DNA of 64,000 nt from Opitutales bacterium (GTDB taxonomy: Bacteria; Verrucomicrobiota; Verrucomicrobiia; Opitutales; UBA2987), in NCBI GenBank assembly GCA_965226885.1, contig CBDDEL010000015.1:64001-128000 (forward strand), read 5' to 3'. Numbering within the stretch: position 1 is the first letter of the stretch; every line of letters begins with the position of its first letter. The notes under the pieces were generated by a model. The model made no database searches. It saw only the letters and a list, made by a program, of their open reading frames with translations, and was not told the origin of the DNA. Positions 54,042 to 64,000 of this stretch are shown piece by piece. The position numbers and the translations under genes were made by a program.

Positions 54042-54941
54042 TCAGGCGGCGCCCATAAAGTCGCACAAATGGGCGTAGAGTTCGCGCCCTTGAAGAGTAT
54101 TTTCAAGAAGATCGTCGGCCAGTTTTACCCGGCCTCTTTCAAAAAATGTCAGGACCATGGAGCCGCCGAAGCGAAAATACCCTTTTTCCGAGCCGCCCGA
54201 TACGCTCTTGCCCGGGACATAGGTTTGCCGGATCGTTCCCACGCACGTAGCCCCCACTTCCATCATGAGGACTCTTCCAAACCGTTCGGTCAGCAAGATC
54301 GTCAGGCAGCGTTTGTTTTCCCACAAAATGGCCGGGTTTTTTTTCAGGGCAATGGGGTTGACGGAATAGAGGAATCCGTTGAGCAATCGCGTTTTACCGG
54401 GATTCCCCGCGACCGGAAAATATATCCGATGACAATCAACTGGGCAGAGGCGCGATACCACCAGGGAACCGTTCCGGTATTGATGGGCCAGAGCCTCGTC
54501 CTGAAAAAGGGCGGGCAGGTTGAATGCCTGGCCTTTGACATGCAAGCCATCGATTTGAGTGATATCCTGGAAGCCCAGATGCCGCCCGTCCACCGGGAAA
54601 AGGACCGCATCGTTCCTCGGTTCGACTGGGCGCGATTCCGGTTTCAGCCGGCGCGAAAAAAAATCGTTGAAAGTCTTATAATTCTCAACCGGCAGTTCAA
54701 AATGCGATGTGTCCAGGTGGTAGGCCCGGCAAAAGGGGCGCACTTTTTTACGGCTGCCGGGTTGATTCATTCTCCATCCGTAGAAGCGTGAAAACCAGAG
54801 CCTTTTTACGGCCGCCGATAGAACCAGCCGGCCAGCCGGTTTTTCGTAAACCCGCCGCAGCCATTTTTCACCGTAAATCCGCTCACTCTCCACACACTGT
54901 GTGTAGCGGTTGAAATACTGTATGGTGTTCTCTCGATCCAT
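54042..54941 (-). CDS. psd: Phosphatidylserine decarboxylase proenzyme
   Basis: FNDFFSRRLK, RLCPVDCHR, SVNP, EVGATCVG, FGGS autocleavage site. Confidence 0.92.
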   Translation of the reverse strand: MDRENTIQYFNRYTQCVESERIYGEKWLRRVYEKPAGRLVLSAAVKRLWFSRFYGWRMNQPGSRKKVRPFCRAYHLDTSHFELPVENYKTFNDFFSRRLKPESRPVEPRNDAVLFPVDGRHLGFQDITQIDGLHVKGQAFNLPALFQDEALAHQYRNGSLVVSRLCPVDCHRIYFPVAGNPGKTRLLNGFLYSVNPIALKKNPAILWENKRCLTILLTERFGRVLMMEVGATCVGTIRQTYVPGKSVSGGSEKGYFRFGGSMVLTFFERGRVKLADDLLENTLQGRELYAHLCDFMGAA

Positions 54942-55149
54942 GAACGTGCCTTTTTATTGCCACCAGGGCCAGACGTGAAGGATTCCAATGCCGGAATATT
55001 TGCCGGGTCAAAAGAATAATGCAGAAACAGGTGGGAGGCGATTCATTGCTTACCGTATTAAACCAATGTGAATTACCCTAATTCGGTTTTATCCCTACGT
55101 TTACAAATGTAGTCCTCCTTTGTAGTTCGCACTGCAAACTCAAGGCAGT

Positions 55150-58100
55150 CTATGTCCGCATTGGCAGGATGCGATACTTGATTTCAAGAGTTACACAGTG
55201 AAGCACAAGGTCTGCCTCCACCCGAGGATTCCGTTTCCGGAGCAGGACTTTTACCTCATTCCACCCCTGCTTAATCCAGCCCGCTTCTCCAACATCGTAT
55301 CGAAACGCATAGTTGCCCTGCATGGCATTGGGGCCCGGGCCCACGATGTATCGCATGGGAAGTTCCGATGGGACGGTCGGCGGCAGGGTCCTGCCGTTCA
55401 GTTCTAACTCGAGCGCGTCCAGCGAGGTCATGCAGACCAGAATCAACTCGAGAGTCACTGCCTCCAGGAGGCCCCTGTGCGCGGCGGTCACCAGGTCGTC
55501 GCCGACCATGAGACGAATCGTTTCTCCAGGTCCGGCAGGCCTCTCCTCCAGCGTCATCGGTAACGCATAGTCGCAGCCGCCGAATATGGGCCGATGAGGC
55601 CATGTGCGCACCCCACCGAAATGTGGAGCGATTGCATAAAGTTTGTCCCTGAACTCCAGCCTGGCAGGATCTCCGAGCTGAGACAAGACCTCGGTTTCGT
55701 CGATGTTCGCAATCGTTTGGTGATGGAAGTTGAACAGGTAGATACCGTCTACACCCGCCCTCCAGGCGTTGAGCGCCCCCGCACGCAGGGCCGACGCCGG
55801 CGGGCACCACCCACCATGCGCATGTGGCCCCGGACCCACCTGCTCGGAGGTGCAGCCAAGGATGCGGCACTCCACACCCTTGGCCATTTCCAGAAAGGAC
55901 TCGAACGGGAGGTGTGTTACCGTATCATATATAGAGGCTGTCCCAAAAGGGTGATTTTTGCGAGGGCTTTTGATAGGCGCTCATTTTAGAGGTATTTGCA
56001 TTTGGGAGAGTATCAACTTTGCTCTCCTATGACGTTAGGATACTGGTTTTGGGGTCCGGTTGCCTGGTTTTCTTTGTATGAGCCGACAGTAAGGCTGTGA
56101 AAAAGTATTGTCCTTGCTTTTCCGCTCTCTAGGCCGCCGCTTTGGTTTTTAGTTCGTCTTGCTGGGCCAGCATCTTGGCTACTTTCCATAGGTTGTGCGA
56201 GAGTACCGACCAGGCTACGCTGATCGAGCGGTTGGCAAAGCCTTTGCTGCGCAACCGCCCGGCCTGCCAGCGATTCTTCAATACCCCGATCCGCCCTTCG
56301 GTGCTGGCCCGGCGCTTTTGCAATTGTCTGAACAGTGGTTCCTCCATCCGTTTTTTCAACTGCTTCGGATCGCGTGGACAGAGCGCGTCGTAGATTCCCT
56401 CCTGGGCTAACTGCCGGCGGGCCCGCTGGGAGGCAAATCCCCGGTCCGCGCACATGGCCGCTATGGGTTCTTCCAGGTTGAAGCGGTTCTGTCTTTGCAA
56501 ACTCTCTTGCATTTGTTCATTTTCGCTTGGAGTTCGGCTGCCGTAGAGTTTCCAGTCCAGCAGGTACCCTTCAACGCTTTCTCCCAAAAACAGGGTGTTG
56601 CCGAACTCGACCTCTTGGCCCGCTTTACCTCGCACAATCACCTGCACATCGAGTTCGTAAACACTCAAGACTTTCTCTGCGTTTTTCACCTGGCGGCCGC
56701 CAATGATCCGCTCGTGCGCCTGTTTGATGACCACCGGGATTTGCTCGCTCATGCGCTCCATCCGGGCGAGGATCTGTTGGACCTGTTTTTCGCTGTAATC
56801 GCTTTGCTCCCAGCAGGCTTGCAATAATTCCCGGTGACTGATTCCCGGTGACTGCGGGCATGCTCCCCGATCCGTTTGAGCAGCTTTTTCATCTGCCTCA
56901 AGATACCCTTGCGCTGCCGCGCGCTGTCCTTTCGCCGCCGGCTGTGGGTCATCTGTATGCACAGCCGATTCATCTGCCGAGCCAAGGGCTCCGGTTCGAT
57001 CGGCATGCGATGGCGCAAACCGGCCTTCTCGCGGATCAGCCGGATCGCTTTGAGCAACGTGCCGGCTACATCCTTGAGTAATACCCAGTCCGTCGGCCAA
57101 TGAATGTTAGCCTCCAAACAGGTGCCGTCGATCAGGCAAATGGTGGTGTCAATCGGCTTGTCCAATCCCACCTGCCGGGCCAGAAGGGCATCGCCCACCA
57201 CCTCAGTCAAGGTCCGGTGCAAGGCCCTCAACTGCTCTTCGCTGAAAAACTTCGAGGCCCGCTCCAGGGTGCTTTTGGAGATGCCCCTGATGCCATCGAT
57301 CTGCCGGACACGGCAAAAGTCGGCCAACAGATCGCTGCTGCCCAGAGCCCGCGACAAATGCCGAAACGAAATCCCTCCGAGCAGACGGCCCAGCGTATCC
57401 ATGCGCAGTGCCTTGATGGCAAAACTGGCCCGCTGCCGCCGGGCCTTTAGACCCATTGGCGGCCACCCCTCCAAGGCCAGCTCAATGGCCTGCGATTCCA
57501 CCTCCGAGTCGATCAGCAGCCGATCGATTCGATCAATGGTGGCGCGGAAGTTATCGTAATCGAGGCACCGGTCGACCACAGTTAAAGCTGGACGCAGGAG
57601 GCATTGGATGGCTATATTTTTCATAGAAAGGGCTATATTGATTTTCGCTAACTCAATTATAGAACCCTTTTTTGGCCGGATCGAGCAAAAACTTGCTCTT
57701 TCCGGCTCTTTTTATCAACGTCATCCAGTTGACTATAAAATCTTTATATTTTTGGGACAGCCTCTATATAGGCGTAGGTGACACATAATCTACAAGGCCT
57801 TCTTTGATCCAGGTCTCCAACTCCAGACCAATCTCGAAACACTTCTCCGGCGTACCCAACACCCGGATTCCGAACCCTATAGAACGGCCACGCGATTCAC
57901 CCACACGGTTCAGTAGCGCCCGCGCCTCTCGCATGTATGCCGTCAACATCGGCCGGCCCTGCTCCATGTCAGGAAAGTGCGAGCCGGGGTGCCGAGTGAG
58001 GTCCCACTCGAATCCATCCACATCGTAGCGCGTGCAGGCCTCTCGTAGCGCGTGCAGGCCTCCTCCAGCAGGGCCAGGCGGTGGGCTCGCACCTGTGGTA

Positions 58101-58581
58101 TGGCGAAATTCATGCCAGAAGACTGTTTCTGAAGCCGCTCCTGGGGGGAGGCGCTCTTATCGCCCAGTTCGTACTCCGGATGGTTGCTGAGAAACTCGCT
58201 CTTCCACTGAAAGCGGGAACCGTGCAGGTCGTTGAAGCGGTTGCCCACCCAATACTCCATCCCGGCCGCGTGCGCGGCTTCGAGGGATTTCTGCCAGGGG
58301 TCGATTCCCTCTTCCCAGAGCCCGAACAGCGTCTCCTGCTGCCGCCACTCGCTCACATAGCCGACCTTGTCCGTGCGGATGCCCCTGGCGCCGGCTACCT
58401 CAGTCTGCCAGAGCGGAACGGAGTCGCCGAATCCGAACATATGGCAAACCACGGCATCCACCTGCGTACCGATGAAGCGCCCGACGGCCTCATAGACAAA
58501 TTCCTCCGGCGTCATCGGCGGCGCGCAGTAGAGGAGAAAGCTCCCGTCGTTGTGGCAGAAGAAGCGCGGTGGTGTGGTCAT
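55150..58581 (-). pseudogene. TIM-barrel glycoside-hydrolase-like (GHL10-type) protein (524 aa reconstructed), broken by an IS and a 20-bp duplication
   Basis: HNDG, RFNDLH, MNFAIPQVR, RYDVDGFEWD, WIKEGLVDY, GVDGIYLFNF; frame restored by removing the IS, one TATATA and one copy of 58023-58042. Confidence 0.82.
55934..57764 (-). mobile_element. IS5/ISNCY-like element; transposase 56129-57624 frameshifted by a 14-bp duplication
   Basis: IRs GAGGCTGTCCCAAAA; TATATA on both flanks; IDGTCLEANIHWPTD, RGKAGQEVEFG, ADRGF, EGRIGVLK; ATTCCCGGTGACTG x2 at 56827-56854. Confidence 0.9.
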
Positions 58582-58634
58582 GTTACAGGATTGTAAATGT
58601 CGGAGTAAAACAAGGACACCGATAATTATGTAAA

Positions 58635-58815
58635 CCGAGATTTCTCATAGGGTGGATATGGATCGTTAAAATTATCGCCCTTGGGGTATTTCGGGTGAAA
58701 ATTGCTCCTTTCAATACGCTTGGGCAATGATTTTTTCTCGGTATCTGCCAGTAGAATGGGCGGTAATTACTATTCGTTGAGGATTTTGCCGTTGTTCGGC
58801 GAAAACTGGGGTGAG
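58635..58815 (-). repeat. Dispersed repeat, probable right end of a decayed IS1380-like element
   Basis: Reverse complement aligns with 33140-33315 (GTAATT.CCGCC.ATT..ACT.GCAGATACC.AGAAAAAA...GAAATCTCGG). Confidence 0.7.
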
Positions 58816-58834
58816 TTATTCTGTGCGGTTAAAT

Positions 58835-61416
58835 TTATTTCGAAATAATTTCCAGCCGGTCATCGACGACTTTGAGTGTGACGATTTCTCCTTCCTCGAA
58901 CCGATCGCCTAGAAGAGCTCGGGCTAAGGGATTTTCTACCTGTTTTTGCAAAAAACGTTTCAGCGGACGAGCCCCGTAAACAGGATCGTAGCCGCGTTCC
59001 GCAATCCATTGGCGGGCCCCGTTGGCCAGCTCGATTTGGATGTTCCGGTCCCGCAGGCGACGGTTCAGATCGTCAATCAGCAAATCCGTTATCTGGGTAA
59101 TTTCATCCAGTGAGAGCGGTTTGAAAATAATCGTGTCGTCCACTCGGTTCAAAAATTCGGGACGGAAATTCTGCCGCAGTTCGCTCCATACCGCTTCCCG
59201 CACGGAATGAGGAATTTCATCCCCCATAACCCCTTCCTGCAAATACCGGCTGCCCGTATTGGAGGTCATGATAATTACGGTGTTTTTAAAATCAACGGTG
59301 TGCCCCTGCGCATCGGTGATGCGGCCATCGTCCATTATTTGCAGCAGGACGTTGAAGACATCCGGGTGGGCTTTTTCGATCTCGTCAAAAAGAATGACCG
59401 CATACGGTTTGCGGCGCACCGCCTCCGTCAACTGGCCTCCTTCTTCGTAACCGACATATCCCGGCGGCGCTCCCAGCAAACGCGAGACGCTGTGTTTTTC
59501 CATGTATTCGGACATGTCCAGCCGCACCAGGTTTTGTTCGCTGTTAAAAAGAGACTGGGCCAGCGTTTTGGCCAATTCGGTCTTACCCACTCCGGTGGGA
59601 CCGAGAAAAAGAAAACTGCCAATCGGACGACCGGGGTCTTTGATGCCGGAGCGGGCCCGCAAAATCGCGTCGGCCACTCCCTGCACGGCCTCGTCCTGCC
59701 CAATGACGCGCTCGTGCAGCGTTTCTTCGAGTCGGAGCAGCTTTTTCCTTCTCGCCTTCCAGCAGGCGCGTCACGGGGACGCCAGACCATTTGGAGACGA
59801 TCTCGGCAACCTCGTCCGCCGACACTTCCTCCTTGATCAAATCTCCGAGTTCGCATTTTGCCTCCAGGCCGGCCATTTGCTCCTCCAGTTGCGGCAGGCG
59901 GCCGTGGCGCAATTCGGCCAGTTTGTTCAAATCGTAATGGCGTGTTTCGTGGCCTCAATCTCCTCGCGGATTTTGCGCACTTCGTCCACCGATTGCTTTT
60001 CCCTTTCCCATTTGCGCCGGAGTGCGTCCGCCTTTTCCCGTTTGCCGGCCAGCTCGCGGCGGAGGTCCTCCAGGCGCCGTCGGCTGGCGTCATCCTTTTC
60101 CTTGACTAGGGCGGCCTCCTCGATTTCCAGTTGCAGCACCCGGCGGTTCAAGCCATCCAGATCCGTCGGCAGACTGTCCATTTCCGTGCGGATGAGGGCG
60201 CAGGCTTCATCTATCAAGTCGATGGCCTTGTCCGGCAAAAAACGCTCGCTCAGGTAGCGGTTGGAGAGCACAGCCGCATCGCGACCAGGGCGTTGTCCTG
60301 AATACGGACCCCGTGATGCACCTCATACCGTTCCCTAAGACCCCTCAGGATGGATATGGTGTCTTCCACCGTGGGTTGATCCACCAAAATGGTTTGAAAG
60401 CGCCTCTCCAGGGCGGCGTCTTTTTCAATGTATTGCCGGTATTCGTCCAGGGTGGTCGCCCCAATGCAATGCAGTTCCCCTCGGGCCAGCATCGGTTTGA
60501 GCATGTTGCCGGCATCAATGGCGCCTTCCGCCATACCCGCCCCGACGATGGTGTGCAGCTCGTCGATAAACAGGATGATGCGCCCTTCACTGCCTTTGAT
60601 CTCTTTCAAGACGGCCTTCTTCAGTCTTTCTTCAAACTCGCCCCGGTATTTGGCTCCCGCCACGAGGGAACTCATATCGAGGGCAAAGAGCGTCTTCTCC
60701 TTCAAACCATTGGGCACATCGCCCCACACGATGCGCTGGGCCAGCCCCTCCACGATGGCCGTTTTGCCCACCCCCGGTTCCCCGATGAGAACCGGATTGT
60801 TCTTCGTCTTGCGGGACAAAATGCGAATGACCCTGCGAATCTCCGCATCGCGCCCGATAACCGGGTCCAGTTTCCCCTGGTGCACCTGCTGGACCAAATC
60901 GATACCGTATTTTTCCAATGCCTGATAAGTGGCTTCCGGGTTTTGCGTCGTCACTCGCTGGTTGCCTCGAAGTTCCTTCAGTGCTGCCAGCGCCTTTTTT
61001 TCTGTAATTTCAAAATTATCGAAAATTTTCTTCAATTCCAGATGGCCGGTGGTTTTCAGCAAACCGAGAAAAAGGTGTTCCGCGCTGATAAATTCGTCGC
61101 GCAGTTCCCCCGCCACCTCCTCCGCCCGGTTGACGGCATCCTGGAAAGCCTGGGTGATCATCATGCGCCCGGCCTCCACGCTTCCGGTTACCGCGGGAAG
61201 TCGGTCCAGTTCGCGCTCCAGGGCCAGCTCTACCGCGCTCGGAGTGACAGACATCTGCTCCAGCAACGCGGCCGCCACGCCATCTTCCTGCCCCACGAGC
61301 GCCCGCAGCAAGTGCCAGCCGTCCGTCTGCTGATGATTGCGGCGACGGGCAATATTCTGTGCCTCCAAAATAGCCTGGCGGGACTTTTCGGTAAATTTAT
61401 TCAAATCGATATTCAT
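58835..61416 (-). pseudogene. clpB: Chaperone ClpB, three frameshifts
   Basis: Clp N domain, [29 protein letters not shown]-domain, [17 protein letters not shown] in four frame segments; lesions near 60281, 59935, 59744. Confidence 0.93.
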
Positions 61417-61547
61417 ACAATTCCCATTTAATTGCATAAATCGTTCCAAATTCCGCAAACCTGCCCCCAAGCGGAAATTGCCCCACAAACCCCTTACCTA
61501 TGGGGACTCTCAAGCCCCTCATCAAAATGCCGGCGCACTCCGGAACC

Positions 61548-61597
61548 GGAACTCCCGTGCCATTCCGGGTGACACCGCACCTAAATGTGCCATTTTG
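61548..61597 (-). promoter_or_regulatory. Possible clpB regulatory region: near-consensus sigma54 site plus imperfect palindrome
   Basis: Minus strand TGGCACG-GGAG-TTCC (consensus TGGCACG-N4-TTGC); TGTGCCA-TTT-TGACACA palindrome begins at 61586. Confidence 0.3.
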
Positions 61598-61661
61598 ACA
61601 CACTTAATCGCCGCCCAATCTAAGAATGGACTTACGGTGGGCGGCCCTCCCGCTCTATATT

Positions 61662-62534
61662 TCATTTTTTCCCTTTATGGCGGGAAAACATACCCAGGAT
61701 TTTTCCCGCGAAATCATCGGAGAGACCGAACCTGGATTTCAACCTGGAATAGAGATGGACGAGTATTTTATCGATCCAGACAAAGGGGGCTTTCCAGCTT
61801 TCGCCGGGGCGGGTTCTGTAGTCGGTGGAACGCCCTTTTTGGCTGGAATCTTCATTCAAGGTGTAATAATAAAGGGCCAGGCTGCGCCGGTAGCGGTCGG
61901 CGGGGCAGGTCATGGCATCGGGATGCCCGTGATAGGAGTGCTCGGAAGTTGAAAAAATCACGGCCCGGTTGAAAAAAGGCGCGATTTTAGCCTTCATCTC
62001 TTTCATGGGCCGGTCCCACAGTTCGAGGCTACCGCCCCATTCTTCTTTCCAGCCTTCATTGAGGTAAAGGATGAGATTGCAGCGCCTTTGCCAATTCGGC
62101 TTTTTGTGGTGCATGGTAAAGTCGGCATGCATGTTTAAAAAGCCTCCAAGGCCGCTCTGGTGCATGCCGCCGCCTTCCAGGCTGGGATCGGGCATCAACC
62201 CCGCAATGCCGGTCAGCCGGGACAAAAATTCGACAAACCTGGGCGAATTGAAGTCGTCGATGACTTTGCCGATCGCTTCCGGAAACTGGCTCCGTTTATT
62301 CAGACCGGTCTTGTTTTCATTGAAATGCCGGTATTTTATCCAGGCTTTGTCCCGCGGCGAGGGAAACTCCTTTAAGACTTCCCGCAAAACATCTTCTTCA
62401 TGGAAATTGTCCAGAAATATATGGGGAAATGGATCGCCTTTTTGATAACGTCCCGCCAGTTCGTCTAACTGGTCATCCCAGCGATTATAGGGAAATATCT
62501 CTTGTCGGCTCTCTGTGCGTTGAAAAACGGTCAT
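61662..62534 (-). CDS. 2OG-Fe(II) oxygenase (prolyl-hydroxylase-like)
   Basis: PFPHIFLDNF, GGGMH, HADF, LILYLN, GGSLELW, SYHGHP, RRSLALYYY. Confidence 0.9.
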   Translation of the reverse strand: MTVFQRTESRQEIFPYNRWDDQLDELAGRYQKGDPFPHIFLDNFHEEDVLREVLKEFPSPRDKAWIKYRHFNENKTGLNKRSQFPEAIGKVIDDFNSPRFVEFLSRLTGIAGLMPDPSLEGGGMHQSGLGGFLNMHADFTMHHKKPNWQRRCNLILYLNEGWKEEWGGSLELWDRPMKEMKAKIAPFFNRAVIFSTSEHSYHGHPDAMTCPADRYRRSLALYYYTLNEDSSQKGRSTDYRTRPGESWKAPFVWIDKILVHLYSRLKSRFGLSDDFAGKILGMFSRHKGKK

Positions 62535-62545
62535 GTGGCCTTATA

Positions 62546-63085
62546 TCAAGTCGGCTGCAATTCCGGTTTGAGAACGCCGATGCACCGCAAATTGCGATAG
62601 CGCTGGGCATAATCAAGCCCGTAGCCGATGACAAACTCGTCCGGAATATGAAAACCCACCCAATCGACCGAAAAATCGACTAGCCGGCGGACTTTTTTCT
62701 CCAACAAAACACAGGTTCGCAGGGAGGCCGGCTGCATCTCTTCCACATATTTGACAACTTTGGTGATAGTCTTTCCCGTATCGAAAATGTCATCCACCAG
62801 AAGAACGTGCCGGCCACCGAGATCGAGCGACAAGGTGCTGGTGATCTGCGGTGCGCCCACCGGGGTGGTCGAATTTTCGTAACTGGAAACGCGAATACAG
62901 TCGATCCTGACCGGCCCCGGCATGTTGCGAACCAAATCCGCGGTGAACAATATGGCCCCGTTGATGATGGAGATAACGGTTACTTCTTCATCTCCGTAAT
63001 GCTCGGAGATTTCCCCTGCCAGCTCCTTCACCCGCGTTTTAATTTGCTCCTCCGTTAACAACGTTTTAGAAAGATCGTTCAGCAT
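62546..63085 (-). CDS. hpt: Hypoxanthine phosphoribosyltransferase
   Basis: VSSY, VLLVDDIFDTGKT, FVIGYGLDY, YRNL; start set at ATG 63085. Confidence 0.95.
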   Translation of the reverse strand: MLNDLSKTLLTEEQIKTRVKELAGEISEHYGDEEVTVISIINGAILFTADLVRNMPGPVRIDCIRVSSYENSTTPVGAPQITSTLSLDLGGRHVLLVDDIFDTGKTITKVVKYVEEMQPASLRTCVLLEKKVRRLVDFSVDWVGFHIPDEFVIGYGLDYAQRYRNLRCIGVLKPELQPT

Positions 63086-63188
63086 TGGTGTGGTTTTTCC
63101 CGGAAATGAATTGAAGTTCAGAATAGTGATTAAGGTTCCCCAAAAAATATGTGACCGGCTCTTTTCAACCCGGCTTTTCATAACAAAG

Positions 63189-63333
63189 GAAGGCGCGGCA
63201 ATCCTGTCAACAGCCATGAAGGCGCGGCAATCCTGTCAACAGCCATGAAGGCGCGGCAATCCTGTCAACAGCCATGAAGGCGCGGCAATCCTGTCAACAG
63301 CCATGAAGGCGCGGCAATCCTGTCAACAGCCAT
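63189..63333. repeat. Perfect 29-bp tandem repeat x5
   Basis: GAAGGCGCGGCAATCCTGTCAACAGCCAT five times with no spacers. Confidence 0.97.
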
Positions 63334-63357
63334 CCATGGCGGCGGTAAACTTTCCCC

Positions 63358-64000
63358 TCAAGCCGATGTCAAGGTAGTGTTGAAAGCCAGATTCGGGGCC
63401 AGCCATTTTTCCGCCTCTTCCAGGGTAACGCCTTTACGCCGGGCGTAGTCCTCGACCTGGTCCAGCCCGATCGGGCCAACGCGGAAATACTTCGATTCGG
63501 GACTTGCGAAATAGAGTCCCGAAACCGATGAGGCCGGATACATGGCGTAAGTTTCCGTCAGGCGGATGCCGGCATTTTTCTCCGCCTGCAAAAGGTCCCA
63601 GATAACCTGTTTTTGGGTGTGGTCCGGGCAGGTCGGGTAACCAGCCGCCGGGCGGATGCCGCGGTATTTTTCCTTGATCAGGTCTTGCAGCGAAAGTTCT
63701 TCCTCCTTGCCGTATCCGAGCAGGTCGCGAACTTTTTTATGCATCAGTTCGGCCAGTGCCTCGGCCATCCGGTCGCCAATGGCTTTCACCATTATGGATC
63801 GGTAGTCGTCCTTGTCTTTTTCAAAAGATGCCGCCCATTCGTCCAGCTCACTACCGGCGGTGACGGCGAAAGCTCCCACCGTGTCGGTCTTTCCGGTTTC
63901 CTTGGGCGCAACGAAGTCAGCCAGGCACAAATAAGGGGAGCCGCCCAATTTTTCCTGCTGCTGCCGAAGCATGTGCAAGGTGCCCAATGTCTTGCTCCTG
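63358..64000 (-). CDS. metH: Cobalamin-dependent methionine synthase, C-terminal activation domain (partial)
   Basis: [57 protein letters not shown]. Confidence 0.96.
   Translation of the reverse strand, partial: RSKTLGTLHMLRQQQEKLGGSPYLCLADFVAPKETGKTDTVGAFAVTAGSELDEWAASFEKDKDDYRSIMVKAIGDRMAEALAELMHKKVRDLLGYGKEEELSLQDLIKEKYRGIRPAAGYPTCPDHTQKQVIWDLLQAEKNAGIRLTETYAMYPASSVSGLYFASPESKYFRVGPIGLDQVEDYARRKGVTLEEAEKWLAPNLAFNTTLTSA

Noticed and set aside
60313..61431. 372-aa plus-strand ORF (and similar shadows over glnS, ftsH, MMPL)
   Set aside because: Antisense shadows expected from GC-rich codon usage.
61417..61661. CIRCE operator upstream of clpB
   Set aside because: GCACTC is present but the GAGTGC partner at 9-nt spacing is absent.
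63189..63333. 29-bp repeats as a CRISPR array
   Set aside because: Units are contiguous with no spacers, and there are no cas genes in the window.

Overview
A 64-kb bacterial chromosomal segment, most likely PVC superphylum (Verrucomicrobiota/Opitutales-like, inferred from the PVC-type small basic protein and rpoZ/smpB context). Intact core genes (serS, tilS, ftsH, rpoZ, smpB, trmL, rlmB, glnS, gltX, hpf, gmhB, heptose kinase, psd, hpt, 3' metH) and a deoB-pdp-punA-NCS2 nucleoside salvage cluster are interleaved with a heavy, recent insertion-sequence load. There are 14 IS copies (IS1 x6, IS3 x3, IS1380 x2, IS21, IS630, IS5-like), about 17 kb or 27% of the window, most with readable terminal repeats and target duplications. 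Removing the IS in silico restores several broken genes: a secreted PA14 plus alpha/beta-hydrolase hit three times, a MATE exporter, an AbiU2-like HEPN gene hit twice and a GHL10-like hydrolase. clpB carries three frameshifts. This pattern suggests early genome erosion. The best candidates for an undescribed system are (i) a ~1-kb AT-rich HEPN cassette bracketed by 40-bp CACGGAT-type inverted repeats, (ii) a LolA-like / MMPL-cNMP / Stf0-sulfotransferase operon and (iii) a signal-peptide-bearing MTAP-type phosphorylase beside the salvage cluster. No CRISPR array, rRNA or tRNA was seen. All family assignments are from motif recognition by eye; no database searches were run.
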